The position numbers were made by a program, and so were the translations under genes. 32,000 nt of DNA, taken from Synechocystis sp. PCC 6803 substr. PCC-P (GTDB lineage Bacteria; Cyanobacteriota; Cyanobacteriia; Cyanobacteriales; Microcystaceae). Shown one piece after another: positions 1-8,647 of this stretch. The stretch lies in assembly GCF_000284455.1 (NCBI RefSeq), contig NC_017039.1:930001-962000 (forward strand), given 5' to 3'. A model generated the notes under the pieces. The model was not told the DNA's origin. It saw only the letters and a list, made by a program, of their open reading frames with translations, and searched no databases. The first letter of the stretch is position 1. Every line of letters begins with the position of its first letter.

Positions 1-140
1 GAGCAACTGCCCACAACCTTCGGATCGTTTTCCCAAACTTTGTTGGTCAGACCGTAAATAATTTTCTTTAGTCTAATTCTTTCGCGGTCACTCTCAATTT
101 TGTTGATAACATCGGGTAAGCATTCCGTGTTAAATTTCAT
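1..140 (-). CDS. N-terminal fragment of an unidentified ORF that continues past the window start
   Basis: The reverse complement from ATG (138-140) is open to the window edge for 46 codons: MKFNTECLPDVINKIESDRERIRLKKIIYGLTNKVWENDPKVVGSC. I recognise no motif and see no obvious SD. It is absent from the ORF track because it is truncated. Confidence 0.25.
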   Translation of the reverse strand, partial: MKFNTECLPDVINKIESDRERIRLKKIIYGLTNKVWENDPKVVGSC

Positions 141-402
141 GATAGTTAGCGAGTGTTAGGGAAAGAATTCTTGCTGACCAAGGCTAATGCAGCCAGTGGT
201 GTCGGAGGAAAAAGACAAAAGCACTTAAACTATTTTCAACGATTGTGCTGACTGCCAACAATAGTATGATAACAGGCCGACACCAACACCATAGTCTAGA
301 GATGATTGCCCCAATGGTATCTCCTGAAATCGCTCCCCGGATGTAAGTGGACGATGGCCGTTCAAAAAGTTCACTTCAACTTATTTGGTTTAACTAAAAC
401 AG

Positions 403-1098
403 TCAATTGGAACCAACAGCAGGCTCTCCTAGATGTTGGGCGAGAAGATGGCGACATTCTTCTACCGATCGCCGTTGGGCCAGGGCTTGTTGCAACTGAC
501 CATGGGCTTGGCGGTGTTGTTCCAGCAGGTTTTTAGCTTGGAGAAAAGCCCAACTTTCCTTTTGCTGTAGTTTAATTTCTGGCAGTCCTGCCCGACGAAA
601 AGCTTGGCGTAGCTGTTGGCGATCGCCGTTTCCTCCCTGGGATTCACCATAGATAATTTTTTCTGCGGCAATGCCCGCCATCCAAACCGTAGCCCAACGT
701 TCCAGAGCTTGGGGGCGGAGGTGCCAATCCCGACACTGATTTTCTAGATTGGTCGTATCAAATTGGATGCCCGCCATTCCCCCGGCTCCCTGGCGCAGAA
801 CTTCCCAGGGACTAAGACTGTAGTTAGTAATGGGAATTTGTAGGCAATGGGCCACCAGAAAATGCCCTGCTTCATGGCACAAAATTCTCTCTTTTTCCGC
901 TTTGGTTTGGAAGAGACCGACAAAAAAGTCTGTCCCCTTGCCCTGCCAACTAATTTGATCCGCTGTGATTATGCCCAAAATCCCTAAGGTCGCCGCTGCT
1001 GGAATAGCCGGAGAAAGGTGCACTATCGGCCCCACCAGGGCAGACATCATCATTAGGAAAATGGCGATCGCCACCAGATTTAAACGACTATCAGACAT
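403..1098 (-). CDS. Membrane-anchored zinc metalloprotease with an FtsH-type (M41) peptidase domain and no AAA+ ATPase module
   Basis: 231 aa ORF. It has a hydrophobic N-terminus (VAIAIFLMMMSALVGPIV) and the HEXXH motif in FtsH context (CHEAGHFLVAH). Downstream it carries GMAGIQF and MAGIAAEKIIYGE, resembling the FtsH protease-domain blocks HEAGHALV and GGRAAEEIIFG. There is no Walker A or B motif. Confidence 0.7.
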   Translation of the reverse strand: MSDSRLNLVAIAIFLMMMSALVGPIVHLSPAIPAAATLGILGIITADQISWQGKGTDFFVGLFQTKAEKERILCHEAGHFLVAHCLQIPITNYSLSPWEVLRQGAGGMAGIQFDTTNLENQCRDWHLRPQALERWATVWMAGIAAEKIIYGESQGGNGDRQQLRQAFRRAGLPEIKLQQKESWAFLQAKNLLEQHRQAHGQLQQALAQRRSVEECRHLLAQHLGEPAVGSN

Positions 1099-1161
1099 GG
1101 TCAGGAAAAATAGCTCCAGTTAATCAACTTGGTCAGAGGCAGGGTCCATCAACGTGGGTAA

Positions 1162-1644
1162 TTAAAAGCGCACTTGGGAATAGGCCGCGTCGGAAATGGT
1201 GGGAATTTCTGCGTAGCGTCCCAGCACTGATTGAACAATGCCGAAAAATCCACAGGCTAAGGCCCCAAGGAAAGCAAAATTGTAGAGGGTTTCGGTAACT
1301 AGTCCCTGGCCAAACACTGGCTGGATCACGTAGGCAACGATTAAGCCAAACAAGGATAGGAGAATGCCAATTAGGATGGCTTGCATAGCATTGAAGCGGA
1401 TAAAGTGGGAGATATTGTTGTTTCTCACCACTGCCATAAACAGCACAATAAAGATGATAAAAGAGGCAAAGGGAAACTGATAATAGAATTGCAACAGGGG
1501 CATAATGGGCAAGTAAATTATCTGTAAAACAGGAAATTGTTGTAATAAAAATCCCCCAAACATGAATGCATCAATGAGGGGAATCACATAAATCAAAGCA
1601 CTGAAAAAACGATCTTTCCCGTCTGCCGTACTGTTAGATGCCAT
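1162..1644 (-). CDS. Tic20-like integral membrane protein (I recall this as the Synechocystis Tic20 homologue, locus sll1737)
   Basis: 160 aa ORF with about four hydrophobic helices. The N-terminal DRFFSALIYVIPLIDAF block is typical of the Tic20 family. It lies 63 nt upstream of the M41-like gene on the same strand. Confidence 0.65.
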   Translation of the reverse strand: MASNSTADGKDRFFSALIYVIPLIDAFMFGGFLLQQFPVLQIIYLPIMPLLQFYYQFPFASFIIFIVLFMAVVRNNNISHFIRFNAMQAILIGILLSLFGLIVAYVIQPVFGQGLVTETLYNFAFLGALACGFFGIVQSVLGRYAEIPTISDAAYSQVRF

Positions 1645-1815
1645 AGAAAATTCCTTGTTGATTTAAAAAGAGTTACGCAGATTATGCCCTGATTTTAACC
1701 TGGGTTCGTCATGGCCCAGATTCGGTCTTCCCCCAGGCGATCGCCAAGGAAAAATTATTTTTCTGACCCGCTACCGTGGCGACAATGGTGGCCAGGTTGA
1801 TACTCCTCAGGTTGG

Positions 1816-1844
1816 TTAACAGCCTATCCAAAACTTGCTAGAGT
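1816..1844 (+). promoter_or_regulatory. Candidate sigma70-type promoter for the ferredoxin gene
   Basis: TTAACA (1816-1821), a 17-nt spacer, then TAGAGT (1839-1844), about 50 nt upstream of the ATG at 1894. This is a pattern match only. Confidence 0.25.
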
Positions 1845-1893
1845 GTTCATTGGCCAAAAATCCCATTAATTCTTTTATTATTACCGCTTTGCC

Positions 1894-2214
1894 ATGGTTA
1901 ACACCTACACCGCCGAAATCCAACACCAGGGTCAGACCTATACCATCTCCGTTCCCGAGGATAAAACGGTGCTCCAAGCGGCGGATGATGAGGGGATACA
2001 ACTACCTACTTCCTGTGGCGCTGGGGTTTGCACTACCTGTGCGGCGTTAATCACCGAAGGCACAGCGGAGCAGGCTGACGGCATGGGAGTTTCAGCGGAA
2101 CTACAGGCTGAGGGATATGCTCTACTTTGTGTAGCCTATCCCCGCTCAGATTTGAAAATTATCACCGAAAAAGAAGACGAAGTTTATCAGCGGCAGTTCG
2201 GCGGCCAAGGTTAG
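1894..2214 (+). CDS. Plant-type [2Fe-2S] ferredoxin (minor ferredoxin paralogue; I recall locus slr1828)
   Basis: 106 aa ORF. The cluster ligands are arranged C-x4-C-x2-C...C within SCGAGVCTTCAALITEG...LLCVAYP. Confidence 0.9.
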   Translation: MVNTYTAEIQHQGQTYTISVPEDKTVLQAADDEGIQLPTSCGAGVCTTCAALITEGTAEQADGMGVSAELQAEGYALLCVAYPRSDLKIITEKEDEVYQRQFGGQG

Positions 2215-2325
2215 ATTCGGCTGGAATTCTCCCTTCCCATGACAAATCTTCCAGAGCAACACTTGCCACCCCAAAAAGCTGAGCCATAATTCAGGTAGCG
2301 GCCAGTAGTAAGGTGGATTTTGACC

Positions 2326-3318
2326 ATGGAATCGACAAATAAAACCTGGACAGAACTCATGACTCCCCTCAGTCAGTTTTGGCTGGAGTCCAGTAGCCAG
2401 GCTTGGAAGAATTGGTTTGACCTCATGGCCAAGGGCGGGGCCGGCGCCATGATGGGCTCGGCTCCCCAGTCCTTTGAGTCTTTGCCCCAACAGTTCCTCC
2501 AATCCCAGCAGTTTTATGGAGAGTTACTTAAGCTTTCTTTTGAAGCTTGGCAAAGCCTGTGGCCTAAATTGGATAATGGTTCGGCGCCAGGGGCAGTGCA
2601 GGGCTACCTAAAACAGCTACAAACCCAAATTGAGCAATATACCGCCACCACCCAAGCTCTCCAAGGGGACATGGATGGTTTATGGCAGTGTTACATCAAG
2701 GAAGTACAAAGATTTTCCCAACTCTGGCTCTCCACCTGGCAGAGTAGCGTCGCCCCCCTGGGCAAATTACCCACCGGGGACATCCATGCTTGGTTAGATT
2801 TAAATAATCTCTACGGCGATGCCCTCTACAACAAAAACCTGAGCAGTTTTATGCGATCGCCTTTGCTGGGGCCCAGTCGGGAAATGAATGGCAAATTATT
2901 GCGGGCCTTTGACGATTGGGTTAAGTTATCCCAGGCCATGGCAGACTATCAATTACTGGAAGCAGATATTCAATACCGGGGCTTTGCTGCTTTGATGGAA
3001 GATTTACTGGCCCGGGCTAAGGAAGATAAACCCGTTAAAACCTGGAAGGAATTTCAACAACGGTGGGCGATCGCCGCTGACCAAGTGTTTGAAGAAGCTT
3101 TTTGTGAGGAAAAAAATCTGAAAGTACGGGGCAAATTCATCAATGCCTTGAATCGTTATCGCATTCAGCAACAGGAGATTCTAGAAGCATGGTTAAAAAT
3201 GCTGAACCTCCCTACCCGCTCAGAGGTGGATGAAATTCATCAAACCATTTATCAGTTGCGGAAAGAAGTTAAAAGTTTGAAAAAACGATTGGGAGAAACA
3301 GAAGCAAACCCAGGCTAA
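2326..3318 (+). CDS. phaE: Class III polyhydroxyalkanoate synthase subunit PhaE
   Basis: The ORF-track ORF starts at TTG 2320. I prefer ATG 2326 (MESTNKTW, 330 aa), which has AAGGTGGA 8 nt upstream. The gene sits immediately upstream of phaC, and the sequence matches my recollection of Synechocystis slr1829. Confidence 0.85.
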   Translation: MESTNKTWTELMTPLSQFWLESSSQAWKNWFDLMAKGGAGAMMGSAPQSFESLPQQFLQSQQFYGELLKLSFEAWQSLWPKLDNGSAPGAVQGYLKQLQTQIEQYTATTQALQGDMDGLWQCYIKEVQRFSQLWLSTWQSSVAPLGKLPTGDIHAWLDLNNLYGDALYNKNLSSFMRSPLLGPSREMNGKLLRAFDDWVKLSQAMADYQLLEADIQYRGFAALMEDLLARAKEDKPVKTWKEFQQRWAIAADQVFEEAFCEEKNLKVRGKFINALNRYRIQQQEILEAWLKMLNLPTRSEVDEIHQTIYQLRKEVKSLKKRLGETEANPG

Positions 3319-3411
3319 AAGTTACTTTATTGGATTTAGTCCCATTGCATTTCGAGCTTTTGGATTCTGGACATTTTTGTTCAGATCCGATGGATAGTTA
3401 ATTCACCATCA

Positions 3412-4548
3412 ATGTTTTTACTATTTTTTATCGTTCATTGGTTAAAAATTATGTTGCCTTTTTTTGCTCAGGTGGGGTTAGAAGAAAATCTCCATGAAAC
3501 CCTAGATTTTACTGAAAAATTTCTCTCTGGCTTGGAAAATTTGCAGGGTTTGAATGAAGATGACATCCAGGTGGGCTTTACCCCCAAAGAAGCAGTTTAC
3601 CAGGAAGATAAGGTTATTCTTTACCGTTTCCAACCGGTGGTGGAAAATCCCTTACCTATCCCGGTTTTAATTGTTTACGCCCTGGTAAATCGCCCCTACA
3701 TGGTGGATTTGCAGGAAGGACGCTCCCTGGTGGCCAACCTCCTCAAACTGGGTTTGGACGTGTATTTAATTGATTGGGGTTATCCCTCCCGGGGCGATCG
3801 TTGGTTGACCCTAGAAGATTATTTGTCTGGATATTTGAACAACTGTGTCGATATTATTTGTCAACGCTCCCAGCAAGAAAAAATTACGTTGTTAGGAGTT
3901 TGTCAGGGGGGCACATTTAGCCTGTGTTACGCTTCTCTATTCCCGGATAAGGTTAAAAATTTGGTGGTGATGGTGGCTCCGGTGGACTTTGAACAACCCG
4001 GTACTTTATTGAACGCCCGGGGAGGCTGTACCTTGGGAGCCGAAGCAGTAGATATTGACTTAATGGTGGATGCCATGGGCAATATTCCAGGGGATTATCT
4101 TAACCTAGAATTTCTCATGCTTAAACCCCTGCAATTAGGTTACCAAAAGTATCTTGATGTGCCCGATATTATGGGGGATGAAGCGAAATTGTTAAACTTT
4201 CTACGCATGGAAAAATGGATTTTTGATAGTCCCGATCAAGCGGGGGAAACTTACCGTCAATTCCTCAAGGATTTTTATCAACAAAATAAATTGATCAAAG
4301 GGGAAGTGATGATTGGCGATCGCCTGGTGGATCTGCATAATTTGACCATGCCCATATTGAATTTATATGCGGAAAAAGACCACTTGGTGGCCCCTGCTTC
4401 TTCCCTAGCTTTGGGGGACTATTTGCCGGAAAACTGTGACTACACCGTCCAATCTTTCCCCGTGGGTCATATTGGCATGTATGTCAGTGGTAAAGTACAA
4501 CGGGATCTGCCCCCGGCGATCGCCCATTGGCTATCGGAACGACAGTGA
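3412..4548 (+). CDS. phaC: Class III polyhydroxyalkanoate synthase catalytic subunit PhaC
   Basis: 378 aa alpha/beta-hydrolase protein. It has the lipase-box-like motif with a catalytic Cys (LLGVCQGGTF) and is paired with phaE. Confidence 0.9.
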   Translation: MFLLFFIVHWLKIMLPFFAQVGLEENLHETLDFTEKFLSGLENLQGLNEDDIQVGFTPKEAVYQEDKVILYRFQPVVENPLPIPVLIVYALVNRPYMVDLQEGRSLVANLLKLGLDVYLIDWGYPSRGDRWLTLEDYLSGYLNNCVDIICQRSQQEKITLLGVCQGGTFSLCYASLFPDKVKNLVVMVAPVDFEQPGTLLNARGGCTLGAEAVDIDLMVDAMGNIPGDYLNLEFLMLKPLQLGYQKYLDVPDIMGDEAKLLNFLRMEKWIFDSPDQAGETYRQFLKDFYQQNKLIKGEVMIGDRLVDLHNLTMPILNLYAEKDHLVAPASSLALGDYLPENCDYTVQSFPVGHIGMYVSGKVQRDLPPAIAHWLSERQ

Positions 4549-4578
4549 AAATTTTGCTGGAATACATTAGGGCAACAC

Positions 4579-4962
4579 TCAGGACTCATCTAGTGCTTTA
4601 ACTGATACATCCACCGCTTGTACGTCAATAGTTCCAGGGGGAGTGGGGCGGGTAAATTGTCCATTGCTCACTTCCAACTCTTCCCCGCAACTGGGGCATC
4701 GGCATGGCTGACCGTCAAAACCAGTGAAGTGATACTGACAAACGGGACACTCCCCATCCACCAATTTTCTCTTCAGCCACCAGCGGAATACCAAAAAGCC
4801 CACCGTTGGTGCCAGAAACAATAGCAAAATCAACAGAGCAATGCCATTGACAACCCATTTCAGACCAATGGCACTGAGGAGCATGGCCACGGCAAGGACA
4901 GTCAAGCCACAGCCCAGGCCTGATTGGTTGACGGTAACAAATTTGGGGGAAAAGTTGTTCAC
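4579..4962 (-). CDS. Small membrane protein with a C-terminal zinc-ribbon (CxxC...CxxC); function unknown
   Basis: 127 aa ORF with two clear hydrophobic helices (GLTVLAVAMLLSAIGL and LLILLLFLAPTVGFLVF), followed by CPVCQYHF...CRCPSCGEEL. It is co-oriented with cupS and starts 127 nt downstream of it. Confidence 0.6.
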   Translation of the reverse strand: MNNFSPKFVTVNQSGLGCGLTVLAVAMLLSAIGLKWVVNGIALLILLLFLAPTVGFLVFRWWLKRKLVDGECPVCQYHFTGFDGQPCRCPSCGEELEVSNGQFTRPTPPGTIDVQAVDVSVKALDES

Positions 4963-5089
4963 AGATGGCTCCTACCAACAGCATTACCGCTGGGATCACT
5001 ATTTTCCATCCTAGTCCATTAGCTCCGCAGTTGGAATACCAAGGTATCCTCCCCTGGGCTAAAGGTTTTGAACAGGTCGCACACCATGC

Positions 5090-5491
5090 CTATCCCATTA
5101 AAATCACGTTGTCAATCACATGGATAATGCCGTTGTCCGCTTCGATATCGGGGATGATTACCGTGGCATTTTTCACTTCAAACCCCTCCGTACAGTCGAT
5201 GGCGATCGGGGAGCCCTCTACTGAATCAACAGTTGATAGGCGACATAAATCAGCTTGGGTAAACTTCCCGGCAACCACGTGGTAGGTTAAAATCCGAGCC
5301 AATTGGGGAATATTTTGTACCAGGGTGGTAATGGTACCGGGGGGGAGTTTGGCAAAGGCCGTATCCGTGGGAGCGAAAACCGTAAAGGGCCCAGGGCTTT
5401 GCAACACGTCAACCAAATTGGCCGCAGTGACAGCGGTCACCAAGGTGGAGAATCGCTCGTCAGACACCGCAATTTCAACAATGTTAGGCAT
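5090..5491 (-). CDS. cupS: CupS, the small fasciclin (FAS1)-domain subunit of the NDH-1MS CO2-uptake complex
   Basis: 133 aa ORF with FAS1 hallmarks ([25 protein letters not shown]). It is the last gene of the ndhF3-ndhD3-cupA-cupS arrangement. Confidence 0.8.
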   Translation of the reverse strand: MPNIVEIAVSDERFSTLVTAVTAANLVDVLQSPGPFTVFAPTDTAFAKLPPGTITTLVQNIPQLARILTYHVVAGKFTQADLCRLSTVDSVEGSPIAIDCTEGFEVKNATVIIPDIEADNGIIHVIDNVILMG

Positions 5492-5663
5492 GGATTTAAT
5501 TGAATTAGTCAGTCAAACGGAAGGGAAGCTGTCAAAAAACTGATTCTAGTAATCGTTATGACTAGTCGGGCTAAGTTTAAGACGACGGCAATGACAAAGG
5601 ATTTATAGACAATTCATCTTAATCTAAATGTTCGTCACCATTTTGACTAGACCAGCTATCAAA

Positions 5664-6959
5664 TTAACGATAACTATCGCTTTGAATATCTTTCAAGCGG
5701 GCTTCAGGACGAAGAAATCGGTCTATTTGAGCTTCAAAAAATTGCCGATTCTTAGCCAAATGCCGGGGGTTCGGATCATCTAGGGGATATAACAATGCCG
5801 TCCGCAAAGCCTGGATGACTGCTGAGGTAACATTGTACATTGAGCGCTGGAAAGTGATCCCCAACTGCACCAACATATCGTCCTCACCCCGGCAATGTTT
5901 TTGATAATACTCGATTAAATATGGTGGCAAAAAGTGCAACATATCATCCATCAACAGCGTGGGGGGAATGCCCGCAGTACCAACGGGGAATACATCGGCA
6001 TACAAAATACCATAGTGAAAATCCTTTTGTTCTTCCGGCACCTGTTTGGCCTGGGCATTATAGGATTTGGTCCCCCGGAATGGTGCAGTGCGGTAAAAAA
6101 CAGCTTCCACATAGGGTAGTGCCGCTTCATAAAGCCAGGTAAAACCCTTAGATTTGGGAATAATTTCTAAACATTCGCCATCAATATAAACATGGTGATA
6201 AATGGGGCGGCCAGCAATGGCAAAAATACCGTTAACTAAGAAGTTCATGGCATCAGGAACTCCTTTAAAACCGCCCTCATCGTAAATGTCGGACATTTCA
6301 AAAAATACGGGGGCCATTACTTCCCAAAAAAGCCCCAAATTTGAGTAGTAGGATAGTTCTCTGACCTGTTCTAAAAATAAATCAGGGAAAAGTTTATATA
6401 ACGCCAACATCGGGGGATTGCCCTTAAAGTAAGCTCGAATCGCTTTATCTGCGTTGGCTTTATATTCGTCACTATCTAGGTAGGTATCAAATTTACCCAT
6501 GCCCATGTCCCGGCCATGCCATAGCATTGCTTGCATGCATGCCTCTGCAAACTCCATGTTGATGCGGTCATGCCAGAGGTGATGGAACAGTTTAGGCATT
6601 TTGGTGGTGTTGCCTTTTTCCATAAACTCCAGCAACTCAGGGTGGGCAGAAGCCTCTCCCCGCCAGATTCTCAGATCAGCAGTTTCGCCAGCATAGTGGT
6701 TGGCAAGATCTAAATATTCCTGGGGCAGAAAATATTTAAAGAAACGCAAGGGATTGAGAAATACCCGTTCCGCAATGTAGAGCAGATCCCGCCAGTAAAA
6801 ATCCATGGGCACAGCATAGGCTTTGTAAATACCTATGATCTGCATCAAGTTTTCCGGAGTGTCCGGCAACATGGAGCCACCGGCTTCGAGGCGATGGATA
6901 ACGTCGGCAAAAGGATGGGTGGAGGGGGGTAAGGTAGCTTTTGGGGTCAGGGTAGTCAT
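5664..6959 (-). CDS. cupA: CupA (ChpY), the CO2-hydration protein of the inducible high-affinity CO2-uptake NDH-1MS complex
   Basis: 431 aa soluble protein lying directly downstream of ndhD3 and upstream of cupS. Its size and position fit cupA. I know of no generic motif to confirm it, so the call rests on synteny and recollection. Confidence 0.8.
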   Translation of the reverse strand: MTTLTPKATLPPSTHPFADVIHRLEAGGSMLPDTPENLMQIIGIYKAYAVPMDFYWRDLLYIAERVFLNPLRFFKYFLPQEYLDLANHYAGETADLRIWRGEASAHPELLEFMEKGNTTKMPKLFHHLWHDRINMEFAEACMQAMLWHGRDMGMGKFDTYLDSDEYKANADKAIRAYFKGNPPMLALYKLFPDLFLEQVRELSYYSNLGLFWEVMAPVFFEMSDIYDEGGFKGVPDAMNFLVNGIFAIAGRPIYHHVYIDGECLEIIPKSKGFTWLYEAALPYVEAVFYRTAPFRGTKSYNAQAKQVPEEQKDFHYGILYADVFPVGTAGIPPTLLMDDMLHFLPPYLIEYYQKHCRGEDDMLVQLGITFQRSMYNVTSAVIQALRTALLYPLDDPNPRHLAKNRQFFEAQIDRFLRPEARLKDIQSDSYR

Positions 6960-7022
6960 TTAAGATTCACCGGGAAAAATAAACTGCACTAAATGCAATG
7001 GACAATGGCAACGGCGTTAGAG

Positions 7023-8531
7023 TTATGGCAAGGTCACCCCTTGGGCTAATTGCTCAATGGCGGAGGTTTCATGGGGTAACTGGGCAATCATTTCATTGGT
7101 GGTGGTTTGTGTCCAATGTACTAAGTAGTTGGGCTGAACACCGAGGAAGAAAATAATGGCGGTCAGTACCAGGGCTGGGATCATTTCCGAGGCTAATACT
7201 TTCGGATAGTAGGCTCTTTGATTATCGAGTTTGCCAAAGCAGGTGCGGTTTAAAAGAATGACAAAATAAACTGCTGTTAGACCGGAAGCCAGAATGCAAA
7301 GTAGAGTCGGAATGGGAAAAGTGGGAAAACTACCTTGGAAAACGATGAACTCCGCTGCAAAACCCACCAAACCAGGAATGCCAGCGCTGGCCATGCCCCC
7401 GGTAATTAATAGGGCACTGGTTAGGGGCAAACCCCGAATGGGATTCATCAAACCATTCAATACATCCAGGTCGCGGGTGCCAGCTTTCCGTTCGACGATG
7501 CCCACCAGATGGAACAGCAGAGCCAGAATTAGACCGTGGCTAACCATTTGGGCCACTGCCCCTAAAACACTCAGCTCGGTACCGGCGGCGGCGGCCACTA
7601 GGATGTATCCCATGTGGCCAATGGAGCTATAGGCCACCATCCGTTTGATATCTTTTTGGGCGATCGCCGAGAGGGCTCCGTATAGTACAGTAACTGTACC
7701 AATAATAGCTAACACCGGGGCAAACTGGGCCCAGGTTTGGGGAAATAGTTGCAGACCAAAGCGGATAATACCGTAGGTTCCTAGTTTGGCCAAAATGCCT
7801 CCCAATAGAATGGCCGTGGCTGGGGAAGCTTCCGTGTAGGCATCGGGTAACCAAGTGTGTAGGGGAACCAGGGGAATCTTGATGCCAAAACCCAACAAAA
7901 TCAGAATCAACAGAATGGTTTGGGCTGACTCGGTAAAGGTCTGGGTAATTTCTGGATTGTAATCAAAGGAATGGCTACCACTTAGTAAACTCATGCCGAG
8001 AAAGGCTGCTAACACCAACAAACCAGAAAAGGCAGTGTAGAGCAGAAACTTCATGGAGGCATAACCCCGTTTTTCCCCACCCCAAATGGCAATCATTAAG
8101 TAGAAGGGAATTAATTCTAGTTCGTAGAAGACGATGAATAGAAGTAGATTTTGGGCTAATAGGGCACCGGAAATACCGGCATTAATTAGCAAGATCAACC
8201 CATAGTAAAGTCTTGATCTGTTCACGTTAGGCCCAATGCTATAAATCGCCACCCCTGTCAACAGGTTATTAAGAATTACGAGGGGCAGAGATAATCCATC
8301 AATGGCAAGGCTATAGTTCAAACCAAGCTGGGGAATCCAAGGCAAATACTCCTGGAATTGAAACTGGGGGTCTGTAACATCAAATTTAAACAACACTAGC
8401 AATGACCACACCAGGGTCAAAACAGCGAATACTTCGGTGATTTGTCTAAGTTGTTTGGCTGGTATGTTGCCCGGAAAAAAGCCAATAATCAAAGCTCCGA
8501 TAACTGGCAGGATTAAGAGCAGGCTAAGCAT
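7023..8531 (-). CDS. ndhD3: NAD(P)H-quinone oxidoreductase subunit 4 paralogue NdhD3 (NuoM/ND4 family)
   Basis: 502 aa polytopic antiporter-like protein with NuoM-type blocks (HTWLPDAYTEASPATAILLGGILAKLG). It is placed between an ndhF-type gene and cupA. Confidence 0.9.
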   Translation of the reverse strand: MLSLLLILPVIGALIIGFFPGNIPAKQLRQITEVFAVLTLVWSLLVLFKFDVTDPQFQFQEYLPWIPQLGLNYSLAIDGLSLPLVILNNLLTGVAIYSIGPNVNRSRLYYGLILLINAGISGALLAQNLLLFIVFYELELIPFYLMIAIWGGEKRGYASMKFLLYTAFSGLLVLAAFLGMSLLSGSHSFDYNPEITQTFTESAQTILLILILLGFGIKIPLVPLHTWLPDAYTEASPATAILLGGILAKLGTYGIIRFGLQLFPQTWAQFAPVLAIIGTVTVLYGALSAIAQKDIKRMVAYSSIGHMGYILVAAAAGTELSVLGAVAQMVSHGLILALLFHLVGIVERKAGTRDLDVLNGLMNPIRGLPLTSALLITGGMASAGIPGLVGFAAEFIVFQGSFPTFPIPTLLCILASGLTAVYFVILLNRTCFGKLDNQRAYYPKVLASEMIPALVLTAIIFFLGVQPNYLVHWTQTTTNEMIAQLPHETSAIEQLAQGVTLP

Positions 8532-8647
8532 GGCAAAAAGAGGTGATAAGTCAGTTGGATGAAGGTAAATCTTGCCAATGGAAAATCAAATTTGAACAGA
8601 TTGCATTCATTGGCCTTGGCTTGCAGTTGATTTTCCTGGTCTTGGGC

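Noticed and set aside
2146-2502. A 118-aa minus-strand ORF bridging the ferredoxin 3' end and the phaE 5' end.
   Set aside because: It overlaps two confident plus-strand genes, and its sequence is not protein-like.
5560-5568. The 9-mer GACTAGTCG is shared between the cupA-cupS spacer (5560-5568) and the ccmK3-ccmK4 spacer (26453-26461). It was tempting to read it as a common CCM regulatory motif.
   Set aside because: Many chance 9-mer matches are expected within 32 kb when both strands are considered. With only two occurrences there is no statistical support. It would need a genome-wide enrichment test.
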